Below, piece by piece: positions 48,401-57,006 of a stretch of 64,000 nt of DNA. The notes below the pieces were generated by a model. The model searched no databases and was not told where the DNA came from. It saw only the letters and a program-made list of their open reading frames with translations. The translations under genes were made by a program, and so were the position numbers. Position 1 is the first letter of the stretch, and each line of letters opens with the position of its first letter. The DNA lies in IMG/VR virus record IMGVR_UViG_3300042386_000659, positions 36,768 to 100,767 of that record, one strand, 5' to 3'. This stretch comes from a virus (lineage: Duplodnaviria; Caudoviricetes).

Positions 48401-48934
48401 GTGGTGTCGTTTTTCGATTTGTCCAGTATTTTTAATCCATAGTGGTGTGTAATCGTCGTGGAAATTTTCGACACTTCTTTCTATAACAACTAAATCGTCT
48501 TCTTCATATTCCCATCCACCATATTCGGGTTTACCTGCCTTTACCCAATTTTTAGTGTTAACTAATACAAATTGGTGATGTAATTCATACCAAAGTTCTT
48601 TCCATTCCAATATATGACCTGCAGCCATATAATTTGGATTTTTAAGAATTTCATTTTTAATATCAAATATTATTGAGCTGTCGAAAATACGAACTCCCGC
48701 AGCCATGAATAATATGTGGTCGTATTTTTCATAATTCTCTTTTAACGCTTTATATATTGATTCGCTTTCAAAAACGTCAATTGTTTTGTTAGAAATTTCA
48801 TTGATTCTATAGGAATAGAATTTAGTAAATTCAACCATTCTTTTAGATAACTCTTCATTATGAAGTGTATCTGAAGGAAATATACAAATTGAAAGATTAA
48901 TATCGTTTATAAAACTATCGTGAATTATGTCCAT
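45419..48934 (-). CDS. Fusion: unknown N-terminal domain + cobalamin-binding radical SAM (class B-like)
   Basis: PPYGL...IGFSMY...VVGGP (B12-binding), ETSRGCVAQCSFC, GVESGSQKVL, IGFPTE. Confidence 0.85.
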   Translation of the reverse strand: MDIIHDSFINDINLSICIFPSDTLHNEELSKRMVEFTKFYSYRINEISNKTIDVFESESIYKALKENYEKYDHILFMAAGVRIFDSSIIFDIKNEILKNPNYMAAGHILEWKELWYELHHQFVLVNTKNWVKAGKPEYGGWEYEEDDLVVIERSVENFHDDYTPLWIKNTGQIEKRHHQKQGWKFINESLKNGFDIINWNETIRNKRTYYYPESNSNRFLECLKTQTVDTTLNTNQVKLLQIPNSIKNQIWLLNSEDMNLTYGYKNNKFDTIAVPAGGFKFLDSLKSNHLKEGGKLIIYDFNEKSLAWIDLIYKSNIRDIKLLINQFSDNNFFHFLGMGQKVFGIDGKFTNNFLLSLNRTFDYFGGENLFYEFLDKFRTLDVELLHIDLIQNPKSLLDKVNGQKNYISISNIYCTDFTNSFIGLSKIQEKYDEFMHNLPNNTVLVGFDPTCSFIDKLYFNEESIKLKEQIESIGADRDQLILKHILERDVQSTTKMPMNHASAHIGVNGQLKYQNFNEPTALKDFNEGRERVVMAICPSWGVIFPPYGLSKIVGTLRKEGFACKVYDLNVQLYHNLIERTGEDYWRSEKFFYWEDSWFFNKYLLKEIEPFLNAAVDKIVLDKPTVIGFSMYTTNSQATLLMVKKLREKLPNVAIVVGGPAVSTEAWLLSSQFSKYVNYFFKGEAEESFVNFLNDETHLKRLPSEGVFIGDSNSRLNLDDKAYADFTDYDLESYLHKDGVSIETSRGCVAQCSFCAETYFWRFRSMTPERVIEEMKYQIETYGVRRFWFVDSLVNGNLANFQKLVDLIIENKLDIGWNSYSRCDGRMTKEFINKIADSGCTALSYGVESGSQKVLNDMRKRIEIWEIENNLKDTYLTQKIWTHVNWLIGFPTEEHIDYYHSNILIYNVRKYIHQLSPGMGCGPSALSDLQERFDIYGIAWQERIWDNQVFGNWYTHGYKNTQLNRFVRIKCFHIWLEILKDFAGSVLDNAQRHGDITECFTFETSNTNIDEYIPQDDNINFKLITEDMSTSFLSTNIANEFLPIFYGLFRIFKGFKMNIIFDPEKDITSWGSISVNYRANISFEIDDKGNYQYKINHEMKHYGMTPKIEETYKWERQNSHGDMSFKDTFNNSGNIYKWLTKDSLVKETIHEQFRSKSKKVSIATGPILRNLI

Positions 48935-49607
48935 ATAATGTATTAGTGTAAGTTATTGAATCGTTTAATAATTTAGGATTAATCCATCCATGAACAATTA
49001 CATGATATCTATCTTCATTAGAATTATTCCAAACTGCATGTTCATTTCCTAAATCAAGGAATACACCTCTACCTTTTTTAAATGGAACCAATCCATGGTC
49101 TTTAAATACGAACTGACAACCTTCAGGATTGTTTATTGCTATATTAAGTGGTCCAAAAATTCTTCCTTTACCATCGGTGTGAGGCATAATAAACCCACCA
49201 GCTTCTAATTTCATAATTCTAACTCTATCATATTGTTCATATCCTAATGATTTTATAAAGTTAGTTAATTTTGGAAGGTATTCACAAACGTCGGTCCAAT
49301 TATAATTTGCCTCTTCTTGTGTTTTAAATCCATATCTGTCAAAGTGTTCCGTCTTAGTTGAATCAATTCCGTGTAACGTCACCGCATTCCATCCTTCGTG
49401 ATTATACGATTTAATTTTATCTTTATCCCTATGTTTAACAAAGTATGTTTTTTCTAATGATTTAATTTCTTCTAACATCCCATCAAAATCATTATCAAAA
49501 TCAATCACAGAATATGGCCAATTACAATTTGTATCAAATATATTTTCAGGTATACCATCAGATGTCCAACTATTAGTTAACGCATCATCAAAAAAATTTT
49601 TTATCAT
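48915..49607 (-). CDS. Aspartyl/asparaginyl beta-hydroxylase-like Fe(II)/2OG oxygenase
   Basis: RVRIMKLEAGGFIMPHTD, HAVWNNSNEDRYHVIV. Confidence 0.82.
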   Translation of the reverse strand: MIKNFFDDALTNSWTSDGIPENIFDTNCNWPYSVIDFDNDFDGMLEEIKSLEKTYFVKHRDKDKIKSYNHEGWNAVTLHGIDSTKTEHFDRYGFKTQEEANYNWTDVCEYLPKLTNFIKSLGYEQYDRVRIMKLEAGGFIMPHTDGKGRIFGPLNIAINNPEGCQFVFKDHGLVPFKKGRGVFLDLGNEHAVWNNSNEDRYHVIVHGWINPKLLNDSITYTNTLYGHNSR

Positions 49608-49608
49608 A

Positions 49609-50577
49609 TTAATTTCCTTTTACTAACTCCGGACTTCTTTTACTTATCATAACATCTGTTGCACAATGACAGATATGCCATGGACATGTTATGGGACCTT
49701 TTGGCCATTTTATTTCTTGTAATTTATTTATATTACCCAAATTAAATCCAACACAATTACCTCTTTTTATTTCCCCATCAGCAAAAATAAATAAAGATTC
49801 CAAACCTATGTCACATTGGTATCCGTAAAAATCACTTAAACCTTCGTTAATATAATCAACCGCATCACCTTTGGTATCTATAGTTCCATCTTCCAAAATA
49901 AAATGTGAACCTATTAATGCAACTTTATTTATATTTGGTGAAATTATTTTGGTGTTAATTCTATTATCTCCTTTAAACCATTCTAATTGTTCTTCGGTAT
50001 ATAATAAAGTTTCTCTATCCGTTTGATCCCAATCTAATATTTTTACAGCTTCCATATTAAAATATTTCATGACATCACTTTCTTTAGTTGTATTAAACAT
50101 ATTAACCGCAACATCCCAATGTTTGGGGTCCATCATTATTCTTAAAGAACAATAACAATTATCAACGGATACCTTAATTTTATCTAAAACCTTATTCTTA
50201 TCTCCATACTGTGGGTGATATGTGAATACTATATAATTAACGTAGTTAGATAATTCAGAATAATATTCCATATTACGAGTACCATTTGTGGTAAGTCCAA
50301 CAGTACTACCTCTTTCGTGTATCATTTTACACAGGTCTAAAAGAAATGGTGACATTGTTGGTTCACCACCAGCAATTGACACATGTATTTTTGGGTATCT
50401 AACAAACAATTCATCGAAGAATGCTTTAACCGCCTCCCAAGTATACCCGTGATTATGTCCACTATGTAAAGCGGGGACACAATATGCACATTTATTTGAA
50501 CATATCGTATTAATTACCCACGTTACTTGTAAAACATCGGGATGATTGTTTACCACTTCTTTTATTTTTTTTCTCAT
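49609..50577 (-). CDS. Radical SAM protein with C-terminal Cys cluster
   Basis: CSNKCAYC, AGGEPT, TTNG; C-terminal C...C...CPWHICHC. Confidence 0.87.
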   Translation of the reverse strand: MRKKIKEVVNNHPDVLQVTWVINTICSNKCAYCVPALHSGHNHGYTWEAVKAFFDELFVRYPKIHVSIAGGEPTMSPFLLDLCKMIHERGSTVGLTTNGTRNMEYYSELSNYVNYIVFTYHPQYGDKNKVLDKIKVSVDNCYCSLRIMMDPKHWDVAVNMFNTTKESDVMKYFNMEAVKILDWDQTDRETLLYTEEQLEWFKGDNRINTKIISPNINKVALIGSHFILEDGTIDTKGDAVDYINEGLSDFYGYQCDIGLESLFIFADGEIKRGNCVGFNLGNINKLQEIKWPKGPITCPWHICHCATDVMISKRSPELVKGN

Positions 50578-51554
50578 TATTCGTAGATTTTTATTTCTTT
50601 AATTCCATTAACTTGGGAAAATACCTCTCTATTCCATCTAGTCTTACAACTTTCATCTCCTAATGCCCACGCTACGGATGGTCCTGATGGTGTGAACCAT
50701 TTAGAAACGTCCGATTCAATTGCTAACATAGAATCGTCAATAATTATTCTTCCCAATTTATATCTACCTAATGATAATTTGTGCATATCATCAATCGGTA
50801 CTTTCGACTGAACCTCTGGCGAAAGAGATAAATACCAACCATAAAAACTCTCACGAATAGTATTGGTCATGTCAGGACCAAAATTCATCCATGTTTCTGG
50901 TGCAAATCTAATTTGTGGTCTAACTTCATCACGTGCAATAACCTCCCAATCATTTTCAGGCGCTATTGATAGATAGTCTTTTCCTAATGTATTATAACCA
51001 CAATATAATCCACCCCATTCAAATCTATCTTCTAAAAATAACTTATCAATTTCAGTCACTGGTTCGTGTAAACCTGCAGGTAAGAAATCATATAAACAAC
51101 TAAAATTTGGGAATTTGTGATGTGATCCATGTATGGCAGTTTCGATCATGTGAATAAATTCATTTAAAGATAAAAACTTATCGTGTAATTCATATGACCA
51201 CTTTTCTTTAGTTTGTAATTCTACGATTCTATCACCATACACTTCAAATTCTTCATGAAGATAGTTTAAAATAACACTATCTAATTGGTTGAAATCTGTG
51301 AACGTTGGTAGAACTTTATCATAGTGTTCATTAATAAAAACTAACACTCCGTTAATTTGTTCCATTAAATAACCAATGTTATTCATTTCATTGTTGGTTA
51401 TTCTGGCCTTAATTTCCATTTCTTTTTCTAAAGATTGTTTTGTCATAGATACCCATCTATCAACGACCGGATTTTGGTCATATAGATTATACGATACTGG
51501 TAATGTACCTCCGTCTTTTGTTGTAAATACAACTTTTAATACTGCCTTTGCCAT
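50577..51554 (-). CDS. Hypothetical phage protein
   Basis: 325-aa ORF; LNYLHEEFE, LNEFIH..E, GYNTLGKD. Confidence 0.65.
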   Translation of the reverse strand: MAKAVLKVVFTTKDGGTLPVSYNLYDQNPVVDRWVSMTKQSLEKEMEIKARITNNEMNNIGYLMEQINGVLVFINEHYDKVLPTFTDFNQLDSVILNYLHEEFEVYGDRIVELQTKEKWSYELHDKFLSLNEFIHMIETAIHGSHHKFPNFSCLYDFLPAGLHEPVTEIDKLFLEDRFEWGGLYCGYNTLGKDYLSIAPENDWEVIARDEVRPQIRFAPETWMNFGPDMTNTIRESFYGWYLSLSPEVQSKVPIDDMHKLSLGRYKLGRIIIDDSMLAIESDVSKWFTPSGPSVAWALGDESCKTRWNREVFSQVNGIKEIKIYE

Positions 51555-51556
51555 AA

Positions 51557-52834
51557 TTAAAATAATTTAAATAATTCCTCGAAGGTTTTTTTATGATTTA
51601 GATTTCTATATAAATCTATTTTTATTAGGTATTCATCAAATTCCTTCATAAGTGATGAATTATCTTCTGAGTTCATTAAGTTAATCATTTCTGAAAAATT
51701 CCAAACATTTAGAATGTCTTTTTTTGATTCAACATAATCAGTTAACTTTTTAGTTATTACCTCTTTAACATGTTTGGGTAATATTTTTGTTGATAGATAA
51801 TTTGGTCCCCACAATACTCCAGTGTGGAATATGGTTTCATGTTTCTTTCTTACAATTATCTTTTTATAATTTTGTGAATCCAACCAATCTGCAAATTCAG
51901 GTAAGTAATATATGTTTAATGCTTGTACCGTATATAATATTTTAAAACTCATATTATCAGATGCATTATCATCATACCTTCTTAAATTGTTTTCAATAAC
52001 GCTAAAGTTTGATGGGTATCTAACATATTCCGTTACCTTATCAATACCGTCGATGGATAAAAATAACTCAACCTTTTTAAAGTGTTTCCATAACTCCATT
52101 AATTCTGGATCGTAGATAGTTGCATTTGTGTGATAGTTAACTTGTATATTACCGGCATGTCCTCTCTTAACCATCTCTTTAATCATCTCTTTATGTTCCT
52201 TGATTAAAAGAGGTTCACCACCTGCAAATATCATCAACCTCATATTACCACAACTCTCGTAGAAGTCCTCTAAAAATTCTTGTCTTTTATACCACTCAAA
52301 ATTATCAAGATTAATTGTTGATTTATGTTTCCAATCCCACTTAGCATTGGTTTCAAGTTCATTAGATAACTTCTTAGCCTCATTTAACCACTTAGAACTA
52401 TCTTGTGGTCTACACATTACACATGCCAAATTACACGTGTTACCCAATCTAAAATCTAACGTATATAAATCATTATCTATTGTACCATCGTCATGTGTGT
52501 TTCTTACAATTTCATCAACAAGTTCTTTAGTTAATAAATCGTCCCATAGTCTATTTTCATTATTTCTGTGACTCTTAACTCCCACTTCTTCTTCTTTCCA
52601 ACAAACATCACATCCTGTAAACTTTTCACCATTTAGTAAAGCTAATCTAGCTTCTTTAAAGTAATCACTATTCTTAGCATCATTAATTGTGCTATGATTT
52701 AAATTAACCCCTGTGTTTGGTGATGATACACAACAAAGCAATGCCGTTCCGTCAGTATATGTTGCGGTATGTACCCACGGTAAAACACAAAAAGTTTCAC
52801 TATTATTTCTGTCCTTGTTTTGCATAATGTGCAT
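51557..52834 (-). CDS. Radical SAM protein with N-terminal twitch/SPASM-like domain
   Basis: CVLPW..CC..CDVC; GNTCNLACVMC, AGGEP. Confidence 0.88.
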   Translation of the reverse strand: MHIMQNKDRNNSETFCVLPWVHTATYTDGTALLCCVSSPNTGVNLNHSTINDAKNSDYFKEARLALLNGEKFTGCDVCWKEEEVGVKSHRNNENRLWDDLLTKELVDEIVRNTHDDGTIDNDLYTLDFRLGNTCNLACVMCRPQDSSKWLNEAKKLSNELETNAKWDWKHKSTINLDNFEWYKRQEFLEDFYESCGNMRLMIFAGGEPLLIKEHKEMIKEMVKRGHAGNIQVNYHTNATIYDPELMELWKHFKKVELFLSIDGIDKVTEYVRYPSNFSVIENNLRRYDDNASDNMSFKILYTVQALNIYYLPEFADWLDSQNYKKIIVRKKHETIFHTGVLWGPNYLSTKILPKHVKEVITKKLTDYVESKKDILNVWNFSEMINLMNSEDNSSLMKEFDEYLIKIDLYRNLNHKKTFEELFKLF

Positions 52835-54128
52835 TTAAATGTTCATTTAATTCAACACAAACATCTTCAAATGTTTGTTTTCTATTCTTATCTAATATTT
52901 TAGTATATGATAAGAAATTTTCTAAGTATAAATCGGAACCAGGTATTCTATCTTCCTTTAATAAATTGACAATTGCATATGTACTATTTTTGGTCATGTC
53001 ATGTGATTCCACTTTATGTTTATTATTTTTTATATATGTTTCAAGTTTTAATCTAGCGGCATCTTTAATTTCCTGTGGTAAAATTTTAATATCCAAATAT
53101 TTTGGATGGGTGTCTATTAGAAAATCAATAAAAATATTTCTATCATATCTTTCGTTAACATCAGCAACATAGTCTATGATTTTATCTATATCAAATATAT
53201 TGTATAATTGAACGACTGGTGAAGCCCCTAAATGTATATTTTTCATCGAAGCTAACTTCTCAAAATTAGTACTTATTTTCTCCCAATGTGATGGATATCT
53301 AATATAATTGTTCATATCACCGAATCCGTCTAAACTTGCGTTTATATCAACTCTATCAAATTTAGACAATACATTAGTAAATTTTTCAGTTACGTTTGAA
53401 CAGTTAGTGTTGAAGAACATTACAATATCTTTTCTACCTTCTTCAATACACTTCTCCATGAAATAATAGTTATTCTCAATAAGTGTTGGTTCTCCACCTG
53501 TCATGTAAACTTTCTTAAGTGTGGGTATCATAGATTCAACCTGACTCCACAATAAATCACTCTCGAACCACGTATCTTGATTCTTTAAGTGAACTGGACT
53601 ACCTCCATATTCTGACTTATAAACTCTTTGATATTCTTCGTCTTTTTCCCATAAATCAAAGTGTTCTTTAGCTATTGCACTTGAACTGTAAGGATTACAC
53701 ATTCTACATCTAAAGTTACAAAGGTTACCTAATCTAAGGTCTAAATAAACAGGACTAGACTCAATTACTCCGTCATTTTCCATTGCCTCTTTAACCAACG
53801 CATCCATTTTATCCGCACCAATTCTCCAAATCCATTCTTTGGTCATCATGTCTCTATAACCCTCCCTACCTATTTTATTTTGAAGGTCGCATTTCATACA
53901 TGCGTCTACCTGTTCGCCCGCAATCATTTTTCTTCGTACTTCTTTTACCGTATCTGAATTCCAAGCATCTAAAAGAGTTGATGTTGAGGCGTGTAATGTT
54001 TTTCCATCGGTTTGTAAATCGGTATTATTTGCACCCCCTTCAGCAATACAACAATATTTAAATTTACCGTCACTATTTACCATCGTACTAACGAATGGCA
54101 TAGCACAAAATGTTTTTGATTTTTCCAT
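52803..54128 (-). CDS. Radical SAM protein with N-terminal twitch/SPASM-like domain
   Basis: CAMPF..CC..CMKC; GNLCNFRCRMC, TGGEPT. Confidence 0.88.
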   Translation of the reverse strand: MEKSKTFCAMPFVSTMVNSDGKFKYCCIAEGGANNTDLQTDGKTLHASTSTLLDAWNSDTVKEVRRKMIAGEQVDACMKCDLQNKIGREGYRDMMTKEWIWRIGADKMDALVKEAMENDGVIESSPVYLDLRLGNLCNFRCRMCNPYSSSAIAKEHFDLWEKDEEYQRVYKSEYGGSPVHLKNQDTWFESDLLWSQVESMIPTLKKVYMTGGEPTLIENNYYFMEKCIEEGRKDIVMFFNTNCSNVTEKFTNVLSKFDRVDINASLDGFGDMNNYIRYPSHWEKISTNFEKLASMKNIHLGASPVVQLYNIFDIDKIIDYVADVNERYDRNIFIDFLIDTHPKYLDIKILPQEIKDAARLKLETYIKNNKHKVESHDMTKNSTYAIVNLLKEDRIPGSDLYLENFLSYTKILDKNRKQTFEDVCVELNEHLNAHYAKQGQK

Positions 54129-54140
54129 ATGTTCCCTATT

Positions 54141-54170
54141 AATATATACAATTTAGTTGATTAAATCAAC
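54141..54170 (-). promoter_or_regulatory. Putative promoter with a palindrome overlapping the upstream element
   Basis: GTTGATT-N17-TATATT; GTTGATT-A-AATCAAC perfect inverted repeat at 54156-54170. Confidence 0.45.
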
Positions 54171-54171
54171 A

Positions 54172-55032
54172 CTAATTATCCGTGATTTTTATCATGTAAT
54201 CGGGAAAAAACCCAAATTCCGTAAGAATATATTTGTAAGCCGGTAGGTTTTCCTCAATCAACTCATTAACAATACGTTTTCTATTGTTTATCTCATATCT
54301 GGACCCCGTAAAATGTATACAATCACCACTAACCATATCATCCCAACAATAGTATGGTTCTACGTCATTTCTATATATTTGAGTCTTTAATAAAAATTGG
54401 TCAAGAAACATGACCATCAACGAAATCTTATTTAAACCTACGTAATTTTCAATATAAAAATCCCATATTTTCTTATATGCATCAACCATTAAATTTGATT
54501 TTTTACCACCGAATATTGATACATTTATTGAGTAGTCTTTATCTAAAATTTGTAAAACATCATGATGTCCACCAACCTCTTCGATAACTCTATCTAAAGT
54601 TGGTAGGTAGGTTGGGACATAAGCTGGTTCAGTTAAAAACTCTTTAAATGAGAAGACTAAATTTTCTTCTTTTATTTTATCAAAAAGTTCTTTACTGTAT
54701 ATGATAAAATCATGATCTAAATTGATAAATGGTTCAGTTTGTAATGTCGTTACATATATTTTATATATGTTATTTCTGTGACAATATTTGTAATCTTGGT
54801 TTTTTATGTAGACGTTTTCGTCTTTAATTTCTACAAATTCATCAAATAAATTTAGTGGTTCTATATAACCATAGAACTCTTTTGTTGAATAAAAAATTAA
54901 TCTATCAGATTCAGATTTAAATCTCTTAACTTTACTAACACTTAAAATCATTAGAATTACGTCAATAAGATAAAATTCAGAATCTAATTTCTTATCGTCC
55001 TCTTTTGGAACATATGTATAAATAAAATTCAT
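54172..55032 (-). CDS. Hypothetical protein, GT-A-like
   Basis: K...EPFINLDHD, NVSIFGG, DQ, IHFTG. Confidence 0.5.
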   Translation of the reverse strand: MNFIYTYVPKEDDKKLDSEFYLIDVILMILSVSKVKRFKSESDRLIFYSTKEFYGYIEPLNLFDEFVEIKDENVYIKNQDYKYCHRNNIYKIYVTTLQTEPFINLDHDFIIYSKELFDKIKEENLVFSFKEFLTEPAYVPTYLPTLDRVIEEVGGHHDVLQILDKDYSINVSIFGGKKSNLMVDAYKKIWDFYIENYVGLNKISLMVMFLDQFLLKTQIYRNDVEPYYCWDDMVSGDCIHFTGSRYEINNRKRIVNELIEENLPAYKYILTEFGFFPDYMIKITDN

Positions 55033-56252
55033 TATATTACTTTTAAAAAGTTATTAAAAAATTCTTTAGTTGATTTATCCTCAATTAACGTTTTAAAATT
55101 ATGAATCAATATATCCTCCATTTCCAATAAGGTTTGATTAATTTTTTGGTCGTCCCATTTTGATATTTCCATTAGTATCTCAACTATTTTTTCAAATCTA
55201 TTTTGGTAATATAATTCATCGTAACTTTCATCCCACCATTTATCAAATGTTTTAAACCCATACTCTTTCAATTTTTTTAAACTATTCCTATTTCCGATTA
55301 TAATAAACGGCTGTAATGAAAATATTGGTTTTATTATTTTCTCGGAAAAAAATAACAAATCTTCGCTGGTTAGAGTTTCAGTAACAATATTACAAAATGT
55401 TTTATTTTGTGCATCTAAATTAATATGTATTGATTGTTCATCAACGTGTGATGGTGTATCATATAAATAATCATTTTGACCGTTATAAGAATCTATAAAA
55501 TTATATAATCTATCACTACCATATTTGTAATTAGTACCAATAAATCTTCTAATTGATTCTCTAAAGTCTTGACCGTGGATTAGACTTTCGTTACCTAAAG
55601 TAATAATTGTTTTTTCTTTTAATATGGGGTTTGTTAATATCTCAGCAAAAATTGATACTCGATGGTCGTGAGGTTTTCTATTAAAACATAAAAAATGTTT
55701 TTCTTTTGGTGTTTCTTTTTGTTTTCTTAGATTTTCATTTAATATTCCATTATAAAAATCTTCAGAAAATTCTCTATGAAAATTATGAGTATGAAACCAA
55801 AGTCTATGGAAAAAATAATTGAATTTGATTATTGTAAAATTATCTTCAATAATCTTATCTACAATGTACCTGTTTTTTATTTCTTCCGAAACCAAGTTTG
55901 AAGATACGAATATAAAATTATCCTTATTTAACCCGTTTTTAGTTGAAAAGTCTGATAACCATTTATAACAATATTCATACATAAACCATGGTTCGGTTAT
56001 GTAGAATAAAACAATCTTACATTTATTTAATCTAACCTGATTTAATACATTATCGGGTAAAATAATACTTAATTTATTTAAAAATAAATCATTGTTCCAT
56101 ATTAATAATGGATAAATAAATGACTCCCCTCTATCTATGTAATTTTCAACTAAGTCTTGATTAAATTCATATAAATCATTATTTAAATGAAAACATATTG
56201 ATTTTTCTTTTGATTCTAAAGTTTCAAGGTTGTCAAATCCAAAATTTATCAT
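55032..56252 (-). CDS. Hypothetical protein, GT-B-like C-terminus
   Basis: FLCFNRKPHDHR, NIVTET, FSEKIIKPI, GFKTF..WWDESYD. Confidence 0.55.
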   Translation of the reverse strand: MINFGFDNLETLESKEKSICFHLNNDLYEFNQDLVENYIDRGESFIYPLLIWNNDLFLNKLSIILPDNVLNQVRLNKCKIVLFYITEPWFMYEYCYKWLSDFSTKNGLNKDNFIFVSSNLVSEEIKNRYIVDKIIEDNFTIIKFNYFFHRLWFHTHNFHREFSEDFYNGILNENLRKQKETPKEKHFLCFNRKPHDHRVSIFAEILTNPILKEKTIITLGNESLIHGQDFRESIRRFIGTNYKYGSDRLYNFIDSYNGQNDYLYDTPSHVDEQSIHINLDAQNKTFCNIVTETLTSEDLLFFSEKIIKPIFSLQPFIIIGNRNSLKKLKEYGFKTFDKWWDESYDELYYQNRFEKIVEILMEISKWDDQKINQTLLEMEDILIHNFKTLIEDKSTKEFFNNFLKVI

Positions 56253-56998
56253 AGTATAAACTCTTTTGGTACTAGTTCTAAAAAATGTGAGTATTTTGAA
56301 TTATCAAAAATAATCCCATCGTTATTTGTCATTTTAAAATCGTATAGACATAAGATATCATCATAATAAGATTTCATAGGTAAATCATAAAATTCATTGT
56401 TAACGAGTTTTAATATATTTTCTATTGAATTATTTTTTATGGTTATTGAAAAATGTTCAATATTAATTTCTGAATAACATCTATCTTTTTTGTCTTTCGC
56501 TCCGGGATTTAAACACCCTAAATAAATTGGTGAGTTCGTATATTCTTTAATAAACAAATCACCACTATATTCATACTTTGAAACAATATCAGAATTACAG
56601 TAAATTGTAATTTTACCTTTGTTTTTAACCACTAAAATATTAACCCCATCATTTATTAATTTTGAGTTAACTTTATCAATAATGATACAATGAAATTCAA
56701 TATCGTTTTTACTATTTGCGGTTCTAAATTCAAAAACTAAAGAATCAATGGAGTAATCAAAATTTAATCCAAAATTTTGACCAGATTTACCATAAATTCC
56801 GGCCTTTGTATCTTTTTTAAATCCATCTTCAATTTTAAATTTACACATTATTAAAAAATCTTCCTCATAAATAAAATTACAAAGTTCGTTTGAATTAACT
56901 TTGTTAAATGGTGTTATAAACACTAATTGACTTTTATCTAACTCATCTAACTCCCATTTATATTTTGCCCAATATGGTTTTTTATATTCGATTTTCAC
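56249..56998 (-). CDS. Concanavalin/LamG-like domain protein
   Basis: Beta-rich; IYLG...YDF...IFDNSKY pattern resembling the LamG inserts of the neighbouring GT7 genes. Confidence 0.45.
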   Translation of the reverse strand: MKIEYKKPYWAKYKWELDELDKSQLVFITPFNKVNSNELCNFIYEEDFLIMCKFKIEDGFKKDTKAGIYGKSGQNFGLNFDYSIDSLVFEFRTANSKNDIEFHCIIIDKVNSKLINDGVNILVVKNKGKITIYCNSDIVSKYEYSGDLFIKEYTNSPIYLGCLNPGAKDKKDRCYSEINIEHFSITIKNNSIENILKLVNNEFYDLPMKSYYDDILCLYDFKMTNNDGIIFDNSKYSHFLELVPKEFIL

Positions 56999-57006
56999 TT
57001 TATCTA

